A stretch of 64,000 nt of DNA from a virus (taxonomy: Duplodnaviria > Caudoviricetes). The number at the start of each line of letters is the position of its first letter. Within the stretch, counting starts at the first letter, position 1. Shown piece after piece: positions 39,818-47,885 of this stretch. A program made the position numbers and the translations under genes. Where the stretch lies: positions 32,001-96,000 of IMG/VR virus record IMGVR_UViG_3300025838_000022; one strand, written 5' to 3'. Under the pieces are notes generated by a model. It searched no databases and was not told where the DNA came from. It saw only the letters and a list, made by a program, of their open reading frames with translations.

Positions 39818-40205
39818 AGTGTCTAATGGCGAAGTCTTTGACAAGATCGGCATCCTCAAGATCAAGCAAAGAAAAAACGCAGGCAAAGATAAGATGATGG
39901 ATTATAATATCGAGCAGGAACTAAAAGAACTTCAACAAATTGAACCGCCCATCAACGTATGGGCACTTAAGTACATTGAAGAGCTCGAACAAGTCAACGA
40001 AAAGCTTTGGGACGTTGAAGACGAGTTGAGGATTTGTGAGGCAAACCAAGACTTCTCAGAAAAATTTATTAATCTTGCTAGGTCTGTATACATTCTCAAC
40101 GACAAACGTGCTAAGTTAAAGTATGACATCAACATGCTTACAAAAAGTAAGTTTGTGGAGCACAAAATCCTACCTAATTACGAAGGAACATCCTATGACG
40201 TTTGA
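39807..40205 (+). CDS. DUF6165-like protein
   Basis: VSNGE..DK..IL.IK, N..LWD.ED..R and LARSVY.LND.RA..K..IN motifs. Confidence 0.7.
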   Translation: MKIEVSNGEVFDKIGILKIKQRKNAGKDKMMDYNIEQELKELQQIEPPINVWALKYIEELEQVNEKLWDVEDELRICEANQDFSEKFINLARSVYILNDKRAKLKYDINMLTKSKFVEHKILPNYEGTSYDV

Positions 40206-40386
40206 AGAATGGCTAGAGTTCGGCATCAAGAACGGGTATTGCTCAGAACAGTTTTGCGATACTCACGATGGCCCGCCAATGCATGAGAGCGAAGAAAAAG
40301 CCTGGGAATATGGCGGAGATCCTTGCATGCATATGCTAAGATTGGGTACAATTGAAGACTGGAATATATCTACGGAGGAAGAATGA
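40195..40386 (+). CDS. Small hypothetical protein
   Basis: MTFEEWL...C..HDG.P...DPC, with an AAGGA SD. Confidence 0.65.
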   Translation: MTFEEWLEFGIKNGYCSEQFCDTHDGPPMHESEEKAWEYGGDPCMHMLRLGTIEDWNISTEEE

Positions 40387-41378
40387 AAAAGGCATTAGTT
40401 CTTGGAGCAGGTGGTTTTATTGGTAGCCACATGGTTACTCGTCTAAAGAATGAAGGGTATTGGGTGCGAGGCGTAGACCTCAAGCGTCCGGAGTTCAGCG
40501 AAACAACAGCAGACGAATTCGTAATTGGTGATCTTACAGATCAGAGCACTGTTAGCCGTGTGACGTTGGTTAGCGCGATGGAACCATTCGATGAGATTTA
40601 TCAGTTTGCTGCCGACATGGGCGGTGCTGGTTACATCTTTACCGGTGAGCACGACTCTGCCGTTATGTACAACTCAGGTATCATCAACCTTAACGTTGCA
40701 GAACGCGTACGCAAGATCAATAGCTTTACTGACCAGAACAAGACCAAGATATTTTACAGCAGCAGTGCTTGCATGTATCCAGAGCACAACCAGCTCGATC
40801 CAAACAACCCTAACTGCACAGAAGACAGCGCATATCCTGCATCCCCTGACAGTGAGTATGGTTGGGAAAAGCTTTTCAGTGAGCGTCTTTACTTGGCGTA
40901 CAACCGTAATTGCAACATCCCTGTTCGCATTGCACGCTTCCACAACATCTACGGCGTAGAGGGCACATGGAAGGGTGGTAAGGAGAAGGCTCCTGCTGCT
41001 ATGTGCCGTAAGGTTGCCGAGGCTGTTGACGGTGGTACCATTGAGATCTGGGGTGACGGTGAGCAAACCCGCAGCTTCCTCTATATTGACGAGTGCATTG
41101 AGGCTGTGCGCCGTTTGATGAAGAGCGAATTCATGGGCCCTGTCAACATTGGTAGCGAAGAGATGGTTACTATTAATCAACTTGTCGAAACCGTTGCAAA
41201 GGTGGCCGGTAAGAATATCAATGTTAAGCACATTGACGGCCCCCTTGGTGTGCGTGGGCGTAACAGTGACAACACTCTCATCAGAGAAAAGTTAAACTGG
41301 GACTACTCGATGTCACTTGAAGAAGGCATTACTAAGACTTACGAATGGATTGAGAGCCAAATCAAACGCAATGCATAA
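40383..41378 (+). CDS. GDP-mannose 3,5-epimerase-like NAD-dependent epimerase
   Basis: GAGGFIG, AADMGG.GYI, SSAC.YP, YGWEK, EKAPAA.CRK and GVRGRNSDN are characteristic GME motifs. Confidence 0.9.
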   Translation: MKKALVLGAGGFIGSHMVTRLKNEGYWVRGVDLKRPEFSETTADEFVIGDLTDQSTVSRVTLVSAMEPFDEIYQFAADMGGAGYIFTGEHDSAVMYNSGIINLNVAERVRKINSFTDQNKTKIFYSSSACMYPEHNQLDPNNPNCTEDSAYPASPDSEYGWEKLFSERLYLAYNRNCNIPVRIARFHNIYGVEGTWKGGKEKAPAAMCRKVAEAVDGGTIEIWGDGEQTRSFLYIDECIEAVRRLMKSEFMGPVNIGSEEMVTINQLVETVAKVAGKNINVKHIDGPLGVRGRNSDNTLIREKLNWDYSMSLEEGITKTYEWIESQIKRNA

Positions 41379-41384
41379 GGAATG

Positions 41385-41456
41385 GCTCCTATAGCATAGC
41401 GGTAGTGTACGGGACTTTTAATCCTTGAGGCCCTGGTTCGAATCCAGGTGGGAGCA
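41385..41456 (+). tRNA. tRNA-Lys(TTT)
   Basis: Acceptor GCTCCTA/TGGGAGC, anticodon loop CTTTTAA, T-loop TTCGAAT. CCA not encoded. Confidence 0.88.
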
Positions 41457-41477
41457 CCCGAACGAAGCAAACCAAGA

Positions 41478-41505
41478 ACACCTGAGCAAGTGTAAAAACT
41501 GCTCA
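41478..41505 (+). other. Compact H-type RNA pseudoknot between tRNA-Lys and tRNA-Pro
   Basis: S1 ACAC/GTGT, S2 TGAGCA/TGCTCA, loops of 1, 1 and 6 nt (AAAAAC). Confidence 0.6.
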
Positions 41506-41506
41506 A

Positions 41507-41580
41507 CGGGATGTGGCTCAGCTTGGTAGAGCGCCTGGTTTGGGACCAGGATGTCGTCGGTTCAAATCCGGCCATCCCGA
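41507..41580 (+). tRNA. tRNA-Pro(TGG)
   Basis: Acceptor CGGGATG/CATCCCG, anticodon arm CCTGG-TTTGGGA-CCAGG. Confidence 0.95.
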
Positions 41581-41587
41581 CACAGTA

Positions 41588-41659
41588 GCCCTTGTAGCTC
41601 AGTGGCAGAGCATCTGTTTTGTAATCAGAGGGTCGGGGGTTCAAATCCCTCCGGGGGCA
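41588..41659 (+). tRNA. tRNA-Thr(TGT)
   Basis: Acceptor GCCCTTG/CGGGGGC, anticodon loop TTTGTAA, T-loop TTCAAAT. Confidence 0.92.
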
Positions 41660-41702
41660 CGTAGTATAGTATGTACGTACATACACAGAATGAGAGTGCA
41701 CT

Positions 41703-41930
41703 ATGAACTTAAAACAAGCAGCAACAATTATGCTAGAGTTGTGCAAGATTCCAGCTGAACCAAAACTGGTAGCGGCGTTTAGTAATTACTCAGCTAATAG
41801 TATGTGGATTAAGAGTGTGCTAAAGGGTGCAGCCCCTTCGGCAAACACTTTGAATAACCCCGCTTACGAGCAAGCACTCACCGTGTTGCGCGAAAACGGA
41901 ATTGATGTTAATATCTTTGATACCAACTAA
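41703..41930 (+). CDS. Hypothetical protein
   Basis: 75 aa ORF. Confidence 0.6.
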   Translation: MNLKQAATIMLELCKIPAEPKLVAAFSNYSANSMWIKSVLKGAAPSANTLNNPAYEQALTVLRENGIDVNIFDTN

Positions 41931-41943
41931 GTAAGGAAAAGAA

Positions 41944-42240
41944 ATGAAGAGTAGGAATAAGTTCTTACTGGCAGTGCCAGTAATCGTAATTATTATTGTG
42001 TTGGCCATCATCGGCTTCGTGCACATCATTTACCCACAGTGGATCGGTGAGCAAGCAGGTGAATCTGGTTACTTCCAGAAGGCTGTTGGTCTGATCACAG
42101 ACGCACCACACGCAACCGCAGAATTGTTTTACTCAACGGTTGAAGACCTGGTAATCTTGGCCGTAGGTCTTGCCTGGGGTAAGCGACTCTGGCGTAAGGA
42201 ACACAAGAAGTTCGATGAGGAACACGACATCAAGCATTAG
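41944..42240 (+). CDS. Membrane protein
   Basis: TAAGGA SD and two hydrophobic segments. Confidence 0.7.
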   Translation: MKSRNKFLLAVPVIVIIIVLAIIGFVHIIYPQWIGEQAGESGYFQKAVGLITDAPHATAELFYSTVEDLVILAVGLAWGKRLWRKEHKKFDEEHDIKH

Positions 42241-42246
42241 TGCCAA

Positions 42247-42319
42247 GCCCTAGTAGCTCAATGGATAGAGCATCGGAGTTCTAACCCGCAGGTTGCAAGT
42301 TCGAGTCTTGCCTGGGGCA
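42247..42319 (+). tRNA. tRNA-Arg(TCT)
   Basis: Acceptor GCCCTAG/CTGGGGC, D-loop with the A20 Arg determinant, anticodon loop GTTCTAA. Anticodon stem is imperfect. Confidence 0.85.
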
Positions 42320-42344
42320 CGCAGTTGACAAGTAAGGAGAAAGT

Positions 42345-42695
42345 ATGGCAGGATTAGGAACGAAATTAGCTAAGCGTGGCGTAGGCTTTGCTGCTGGATA
42401 TGAGCTTTATCAATTCAGCAAACGAATGAAAAAAGAAAGAGAACGCATGAACGAAGAAGAAAAAAATCCAGTTATCGATGGGGAAACAGTAATTGATTAT
42501 CAGTTTATTTTCTATGAGAAGGCTGTTCTAGAAATTCTAGACACAGTATCAAAGCTCATTGAAAAAGTAATTGAGAATGAAGTCGTAATCGAGGATGAAC
42601 TTTACGCCAAGGCAAGCAAGATCATCAACGTTATGAAGCATGTATTAAAAACAAAAGAGGAAGGGTTAAAGGTTCAAAATGGAACTGAAGCTTAG
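42345..42695 (+). CDS. Hypothetical protein
   Basis: TAAGGAG SD, 116 aa. Confidence 0.7.
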   Translation: MAGLGTKLAKRGVGFAAGYELYQFSKRMKKERERMNEEEKNPVIDGETVIDYQFIFYEKAVLEILDTVSKLIEKVIENEVVIEDELYAKASKIINVMKHVLKTKEEGLKVQNGTEA

Positions 42696-43002
42696 TGTAA
42701 ACATTGGTGCAACACTTCAAGTGAAGAATGCACGCGGTGAATGGGATTGGATCAAGCCCGAGGTTGGTTGTGAGATCAAACTCGTTGACGGTGAAATCAA
42801 GGTGGAATCATTGCCTACGCAGTTCGCTGTCATGTGGGATGAAGTCGTAGGACCTCAGTTCGCAGCTGTAGTGCAGGAGCTTATCAACGAACAGACTCCA
42901 AAGAAGGAAGAAGTCGAAGAGACTACGACTGAAGAGGTTACGACTGAAGAGACTCTCGTAGAAGAAGAGAAGCCAAACGTAGACGAGGATGACTACTACT
43001 AA
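42679..43002 (+). CDS. Hypothetical protein with acidic tail
   Basis: 107 aa ORF overlapping the previous gene. Confidence 0.7.
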   Translation: MELKLSVNIGATLQVKNARGEWDWIKPEVGCEIKLVDGEIKVESLPTQFAVMWDEVVGPQFAAVVQELINEQTPKKEEVEETTTEEVTTEETLVEEEKPNVDEDDYY

Positions 43003-43130
43003 TGTTTGATGACTTCGATGCATTCGTCGAGAAGCATGGCATCAAAGATGATGAGATTGGTGCAGCATTCGCTGCCTGGATGTCAGGTGCAACTGGATGG
43101 GATGGAGACTTTGAAAAGGTGGAAGAATGA
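43002..43130 (+). CDS. 42-aa hypothetical protein (not in ORF track)
   Basis: TAATG and ATGA overlaps at the two ends. Confidence 0.55.
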   Translation: MFDDFDAFVEKHGIKDDEIGAAFAAWMSGATGWDGDFEKVEE

Positions 43131-43681
43131 CAGTAATTGCTGCAGCACTAACAACTGATAATGGCATTGTTATTGTCGGTGACTCGGAGCTATCCACACA
43201 ATTCACTCGTGACAATGATGGATACAGCAAGGTGTGGGTGGATGAGGTAAACGAAGGTTACATTTTTGGTGGAGCCGGTAACCTCAGAGAGCTACAGATT
43301 ATTAAGTACCATGTCGCTTGGCCCTACTACCGTGACATCTACCCTGTAGAAGAGTTCATTGTCAAAGAGGTAGTGCCAAAGATGCGAGATGCATTGGTTG
43401 ACAATGGCGTTAAAATGGAAGACTATGAGAGTTCCTTTATAATGGCGTGGGGCGATAACCTCGTGGTCATCGACGAGGACTTCGGTGTCACTATTCCTCT
43501 TAGCGCAAGGTATGCTATTGGCTCAGGCCAGAGCGAAGCTTTCGGTGCCCTTGGCAACGAAGGTGGTTGGACAAAGAATGACGTTATCGAGGCAGCTCAC
43601 CGCGCCACGGTTACAGCAATTGGAGTCGGCGGTCCTTTGTACGCTGTAGATACCATCGATTTGACAGTGAGACAAGTATGA
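43127..43681 (+). CDS. HslV/proteasome-beta-like Ntn peptidase
   Basis: M-T start (Thr1 nucleophile), VGDS, KV, GGAG and YAIGSG motifs. Confidence 0.78.
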   Translation: MTVIAAALTTDNGIVIVGDSELSTQFTRDNDGYSKVWVDEVNEGYIFGGAGNLRELQIIKYHVAWPYYRDIYPVEEFIVKEVVPKMRDALVDNGVKMEDYESSFIMAWGDNLVVIDEDFGVTIPLSARYAIGSGQSEAFGALGNEGGWTKNDVIEAAHRATVTAIGVGGPLYAVDTIDLTVRQV

Positions 43682-43689
43682 ACTACTAT

Positions 43690-43718
43690 TTGACAATCCC
43701 GTCCCGGGATGCTAGCTT
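43690..43718 (+). promoter_or_regulatory. SigA-type promoter with a dyad in the spacer
   Basis: TTGACA-N17-TAGCTT with extended TG. The spacer contains ATCCCG-tcc-CGGGAT. Confidence 0.7.
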
Positions 43719-43747
43719 TTACATAACAACAAGTAAGGAGACTGCCA

Positions 43748-44437
43748 ATGAAGCAGAACTACATTATGCCCCAGCGGAAGCAACCCGCTACTACCCCACT
43801 CCGGGAAGTAACGGAACCTACGTTTGGGGAACCTACTAAGCCAGCTACTCGTGCCGAGACTCGTCGCAACAGTGCGAATGAGGCTGGCATTATCGAAGCT
43901 GCCGAGACGTTCAGCCTGCTCAACGAGGTCATGTACACCACCGAGATTGGTGAGGTGCGCCCTCTTGAGCCTGTTGAGGTCGACACACTTGCCTCTGAGC
44001 TCGTAGCTGTCCGTAAGGCTAAGGACATCGTTGAGGGACGTGAGTCTGCTCTCAAGACATTTGCCACCGAGGTGATCAACCTTAAGATCGCCATGGATGG
44101 TGAGAGCGCAGCCTCTACCAGCGGATACCTGGTTAGCCCAGAGAACGGCATCAAGTTGTCCAAGGAAGTCTCTGGTGGCAAGCTCACCGTCGACATCGAT
44201 TTGCTCGAGCAGGTGCTTGATGAGGATCAGTTCCGTTCAGTTGTAAACTTTGTTGAGACCCAGATCACTACTACTCGTCCTGATGGCAGCAAGATGGTAG
44301 AAGCAACCAAGGCATACGAGCTGAACGAAGAAGCTCTTGAGAAGGAACTCAAGCTTGGTAACATTGGCATGGAGCAGGTAGTCAAGGCAACCACTCCAGG
44401 CAAGGTACGGTCAGCCTTCTATGTCCGAAGCCTCTAG
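43748..44437 (+). CDS. Hypothetical protein
   Basis: TAAGGAG SD, 229 aa, biased codon usage. Confidence 0.8.
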   Translation: MKQNYIMPQRKQPATTPLREVTEPTFGEPTKPATRAETRRNSANEAGIIEAAETFSLLNEVMYTTEIGEVRPLEPVEVDTLASELVAVRKAKDIVEGRESALKTFATEVINLKIAMDGESAASTSGYLVSPENGIKLSKEVSGGKLTVDIDLLEQVLDEDQFRSVVNFVETQITTTRPDGSKMVEATKAYELNEEALEKELKLGNIGMEQVVKATTPGKVRSAFYVRSL

Positions 44438-44768
44438 AGGACCAAGGAAAAAGCTTCCTCTACGTGACGACGAACTATTGTTCACGACAGCAATGGCTGC
44501 ATCATTCTTTGATCTCACCGCAGACTCGTTAAGGAAAAAAGAAAAATACCTTTACGATGTCTCCGGTGGGGTCATGGAATTTGCCAGGACTGAAGGCGGT
44601 AGACGTAGATATAGTCTAAATGACATACTTAAAATAGCTCATTCGTTGCGTAGAGCTAATAAGATGACAGACAGACAGCTTCGTCTAATCGTATTGCGAG
44701 TAGATGCTTTCAAAGAACCTGTGCTTAAGCATAGGAGAAAGTTCCGAAAAGGTAATAATCCATCATGA
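44421..44768 (+). CDS. MerR-like HTH DNA-binding protein
   Basis: FTTAMAASFFDLTADSLR...RTEGGRRRYS..DI motif. Confidence 0.78.
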   Translation: MSEASRGPRKKLPLRDDELLFTTAMAASFFDLTADSLRKKEKYLYDVSGGVMEFARTEGGRRRYSLNDILKIAHSLRRANKMTDRQLRLIVLRVDAFKEPVLKHRRKFRKGNNPS

Positions 44769-45715
44769 AAAAATGTTTATTAGTATTTGATGGACACAAC
44801 ATATTCATTCGTAGCTTCAGCGGTTTGATGAGACAAGGTCTTACAGCTCCTGATGGATCAGGCACGTGGGGTATCTTTGGTGCGTTTAACGTGGTGGCTA
44901 GTCTTATTAGAAAGTACGAACCTTCTCATGTTCTTATCGCGTTTGACAAAGGACGTAGCGCAAAAAGATTAGCTATTGATCCAGAGTACAAAGCAAACCG
45001 CAAGCGCAACGAGAACAAGCCAACAAGTCCTGTTAATGATGCATTCTCACAAGACTTCAAACCACAGCTGGCCATGTTCCAGCACCTATGTTCGAAGAAT
45101 GGTTTACCATATATGCAGATTCAAGACGTTGAGGCTGACGACATCATTGCTACGGCTGCATTGAGTTTCCAAAACATCTTTGATGACATTGTTATCGTAA
45201 GCGCAGACCACGACTTGCACCAGTTGATTAGAGAAAACATAACGGTTGTCAAGCCAAGCATTAGCTACCGTGACATTGAAGAAGAAGTTTATAACGTAGA
45301 AACGGTAATGGCTGAATGGGGTGTAGAACCCTGGAGGCTGCCTGAGATCTGGGCGTTAATGGGTGACAAGGGTGACAATGTTAAGGGGATCCCAGGCATT
45401 GGACCTAAGAAAGCTACCAAGTTAATAAGCGAACATGGTGATTTAAGCACAGTGCTTAATTTGGATGATCCTAAAATTTCTGAACATGTAGACACAGTGC
45501 TTAAGGCAAAGCGTTTGATCGAGCTTGGTGTAGACGATGAATTGCCATTCCCACCATTGGGTAACTTACAATTCAATCCAATTTCTCAAGGCGATAAAGA
45601 ATCAAAAGACCTAGAGAGGCTGTTAGATTTGCTCGGGTTTGTTCAGGTGAAAGATCGTTGGAAGCAGAATGCACTGTGGCATGATTCACCAAAGTTTGGC
45701 AGGAAGTTAAAATGA
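44765..45715 (+). CDS. 5'-3' exonuclease (PolI N-terminal/FEN-like)
   Basis: DGHN, YKANR, EADD, SADHD and GDKGDNVKGIPGIGPKKA motifs. Confidence 0.92.
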   Translation: MKKCLLVFDGHNIFIRSFSGLMRQGLTAPDGSGTWGIFGAFNVVASLIRKYEPSHVLIAFDKGRSAKRLAIDPEYKANRKRNENKPTSPVNDAFSQDFKPQLAMFQHLCSKNGLPYMQIQDVEADDIIATAALSFQNIFDDIVIVSADHDLHQLIRENITVVKPSISYRDIEEEVYNVETVMAEWGVEPWRLPEIWALMGDKGDNVKGIPGIGPKKATKLISEHGDLSTVLNLDDPKISEHVDTVLKAKRLIELGVDDELPFPPLGNLQFNPISQGDKESKDLERLLDLLGFVQVKDRWKQNALWHDSPKFGRKLK

Positions 45716-46782
45716 CAAACTGGGTAATCAACCCTGAGGTTGACATGGTAACCATCCTGGCAGAGTACGGTAGGTTCTTGGAGAACGATTACCGTATGAT
45801 GATAGAGCACCTGGAAGTGCCAAAAGTTTTCCAAGAGTACCCAGAGTCAACAGAGCGTAAGTTTGTAATCGTTGGTGGCAAAGAGACACCGTGGATGTTA
45901 TCCAAGAGTGTATTCTTATGCCTAAAGCTAGCTGGTGCTGAAAGCGTTGTTGTAACTACGCCTTTTATCGACGAAAGCTTTATGGTACAGAACGTACTAG
46001 ACAACCACTCCAATGGCATTAGAACCAAGTTATTTACTGCTAACAGTGAAGAATTGATTACAAATATGGAGTGGCGTGATGAAATTGAAAACGCTACTGA
46101 CATCGTTGTATTCGGTGACAAGAAGACCATGGAATTCTTCCGTGAATATGAAACCGTTGATAGGCATGTATGGGAACATGGAGAAAACTTTAGCTTCGGT
46201 ATCGTAAGGGAAGAGCACTTAACTCCAACGGTTATCAACCAAATATGTTTTGATTTCTTCTCGTTCTACGGACAAGGTAGTCTTGCACCAAAGTTTTACT
46301 TCGTGCTGGGTCGACTTAAGAAAAGTATTATCAAACAGTTCAGTGCAAACATGCAAAGCCTTTACGCTCCACTTGTCAATGAGTACCGTGAGAAGCTAGA
46401 GCTCACAAGGAAAAGCGACCTCGTCAGCAACATGCTCAACGCCAACTATGCTGCCAAGTATGTCAAGGTTGGTGATTTGCACTCGGACGTTTTGCGTGAT
46501 AACCTCTACGGTGAAGTCTGCCTAATCCCCGTAAATGACCTGGACCAAATCCAAGACTTTATAGATAAATGGCACGACAACATTAGCACAGTAGCTATTA
46601 ACAACAGCGACGATCCCGATGTCTTGGATTTCCTGGAGGATAATCTTATCCTTAGGATCTGTGATGTTGGTGATATGCAGTTCCCAGATTTCTTTGAGCA
46701 ATATCATTCAGTAGACGATTACATTGTTTACGTGAAGATGAGCGAAGAAGAAGAATATGAAGACGATCCATTTTATTGGTAG
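45712..46782 (+). CDS. LuxC/acyl-CoA-reductase-like protein, catalytic Cys apparently replaced by Ser
   Basis: ATDIVVFG...HG..FSFGIV...D...YGQGSLAPK.YFV and a C-terminal RIC.VG.MQ.P follow the LuxC pattern. Confidence 0.6.
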   Translation: MTNWVINPEVDMVTILAEYGRFLENDYRMMIEHLEVPKVFQEYPESTERKFVIVGGKETPWMLSKSVFLCLKLAGAESVVVTTPFIDESFMVQNVLDNHSNGIRTKLFTANSEELITNMEWRDEIENATDIVVFGDKKTMEFFREYETVDRHVWEHGENFSFGIVREEHLTPTVINQICFDFFSFYGQGSLAPKFYFVLGRLKKSIIKQFSANMQSLYAPLVNEYREKLELTRKSDLVSNMLNANYAAKYVKVGDLHSDVLRDNLYGEVCLIPVNDLDQIQDFIDKWHDNISTVAINNSDDPDVLDFLEDNLILRICDVGDMQFPDFFEQYHSVDDYIVYVKMSEEEEYEDDPFYW

Positions 46783-46796
46783 TAAGAAAAGGAAAA

Positions 46797-47063
46797 ATGA
46801 ATAATAAAATTAGACAAAAAATAACAAAGCATGCTGACTCTTTAACGTTCAGAGTCGTTTTAACAATCGGCGTGTTCGTAGGTCTTATCGTATCAATCCC
46901 ATTTGTTGTCGTCGGTTACCCATTTGTGTTATCATGGAACATCGCGACAACGCTGCTGGATTACAAAAGCGATGAAGAAACAGTCAAGACGACCTTTGAC
47001 TTCTTTAATAAGTGGGGCCGTTTCGATGAAAATTTTAACAGTTGGAAGAAGGAAGCAAATTAA
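46797..47063 (+). CDS. Membrane protein
   Basis: AAAGGA SD and a long hydrophobic segment. Confidence 0.65.
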   Translation: MNNKIRQKITKHADSLTFRVVLTIGVFVGLIVSIPFVVVGYPFVLSWNIATTLLDYKSDEETVKTTFDFFNKWGRFDENFNSWKKEAN

Positions 47064-47443
47064 TGAGTGATACACTTTTGTCACAGTCGGGTGATTCAAT
47101 GTTCGAGAGAAACATTGCTATCATTGCGAGTAGAAAGCACGAAGTGCAAGTGTTCAGTGATGGGTTCGTCTACGAGGGTTTCCTCTGTGGCATGGACACT
47201 AACTGGGTACAGATCTATGGCCACGAAGAGAACGACAAAAACAACATTGACACACAATGGAGATTCTTGTTGCTAGCCAAGACCAACGTGTCAGCTATCG
47301 GCCCAACTGGCCGTACCTTGCACGACATCGACGAGGTTACTCGTGAATGGATTAGTAAGAAGATCCAGGTTTTCTCAGACGTTTGTGAAAAGTTCTTGTC
47401 AACGAGAGGAATCAAGAATGACAGTAGAAGAGAAAAGCTTTGA
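47063..47443 (+). CDS. Hypothetical protein
   Basis: TAATG-coupled start. Confidence 0.7.
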   Translation: MSDTLLSQSGDSMFERNIAIIASRKHEVQVFSDGFVYEGFLCGMDTNWVQIYGHEENDKNNIDTQWRFLLLAKTNVSAIGPTGRTLHDIDEVTREWISKKIQVFSDVCEKFLSTRGIKNDSRREKL

Positions 47444-47885
47444 TGGACCTCTAGAGAACTACGACGACGACGATTACGATGTCGTTGTTGAAGTGCAAGA
47501 GATAACCAGCAAAGAAGAGTTAGTAAAAGAGCTAGACTTAACCAGAGCAGATGCCAGGCAACTTCTGTTGTACTTCTGCAGCCGTTTCAAAGAAACACAT
47601 GGCTACGATTACAACGTAGACTGGGTTAAGGAGACATCAATCCTTAAGTCATTCAGGGAACGTTATGGCATTGATGCTGGTCCAATGATCAGACACTTGT
47701 TCGATAAGCACAAGGGCAAGATCAACGATCAGGTTATGACTCTCACAGCCTTTAGCAAAGGTAGCAAGTGGATTCAAGATACCTTGTATATTGAACTGCA
47801 GCAAGATAAGATCAAAGAAGAAAAACGACCAAGTTCAGAAGGGTTAATGAGTACAGATGACTTCCTTAAGCGATTCGCTGTTTGA
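47418..47885 (+). CDS. Hypothetical protein (possible replication initiator partner)
   Basis: GAGGA SD, directly upstream of the DnaC-like gene. Confidence 0.6.
   Translation: MTVEEKSFDGPLENYDDDDYDVVVEVQEITSKEELVKELDLTRADARQLLLYFCSRFKETHGYDYNVDWVKETSILKSFRERYGIDAGPMIRHLFDKHKGKINDQVMTLTAFSKGSKWIQDTLYIELQQDKIKEEKRPSSEGLMSTDDFLKRFAV

Noticed and set aside
41457-41506. HDV-like (theta) or hammerhead ribozyme after tRNA-Lys
   Set aside because: I could not fit the nested double pseudoknot or the CUGANGA/GAAA core. Only a simple H-type pseudoknot is supported.
42273-42290. Possible CTA amber-suppressor reading of the tRNA at 42247
   Set aside because: Shifting the loop to centre CTA destroys the stem. 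A20 supports Arg(TCT), and TAG behaves as a normal stop throughout the window.
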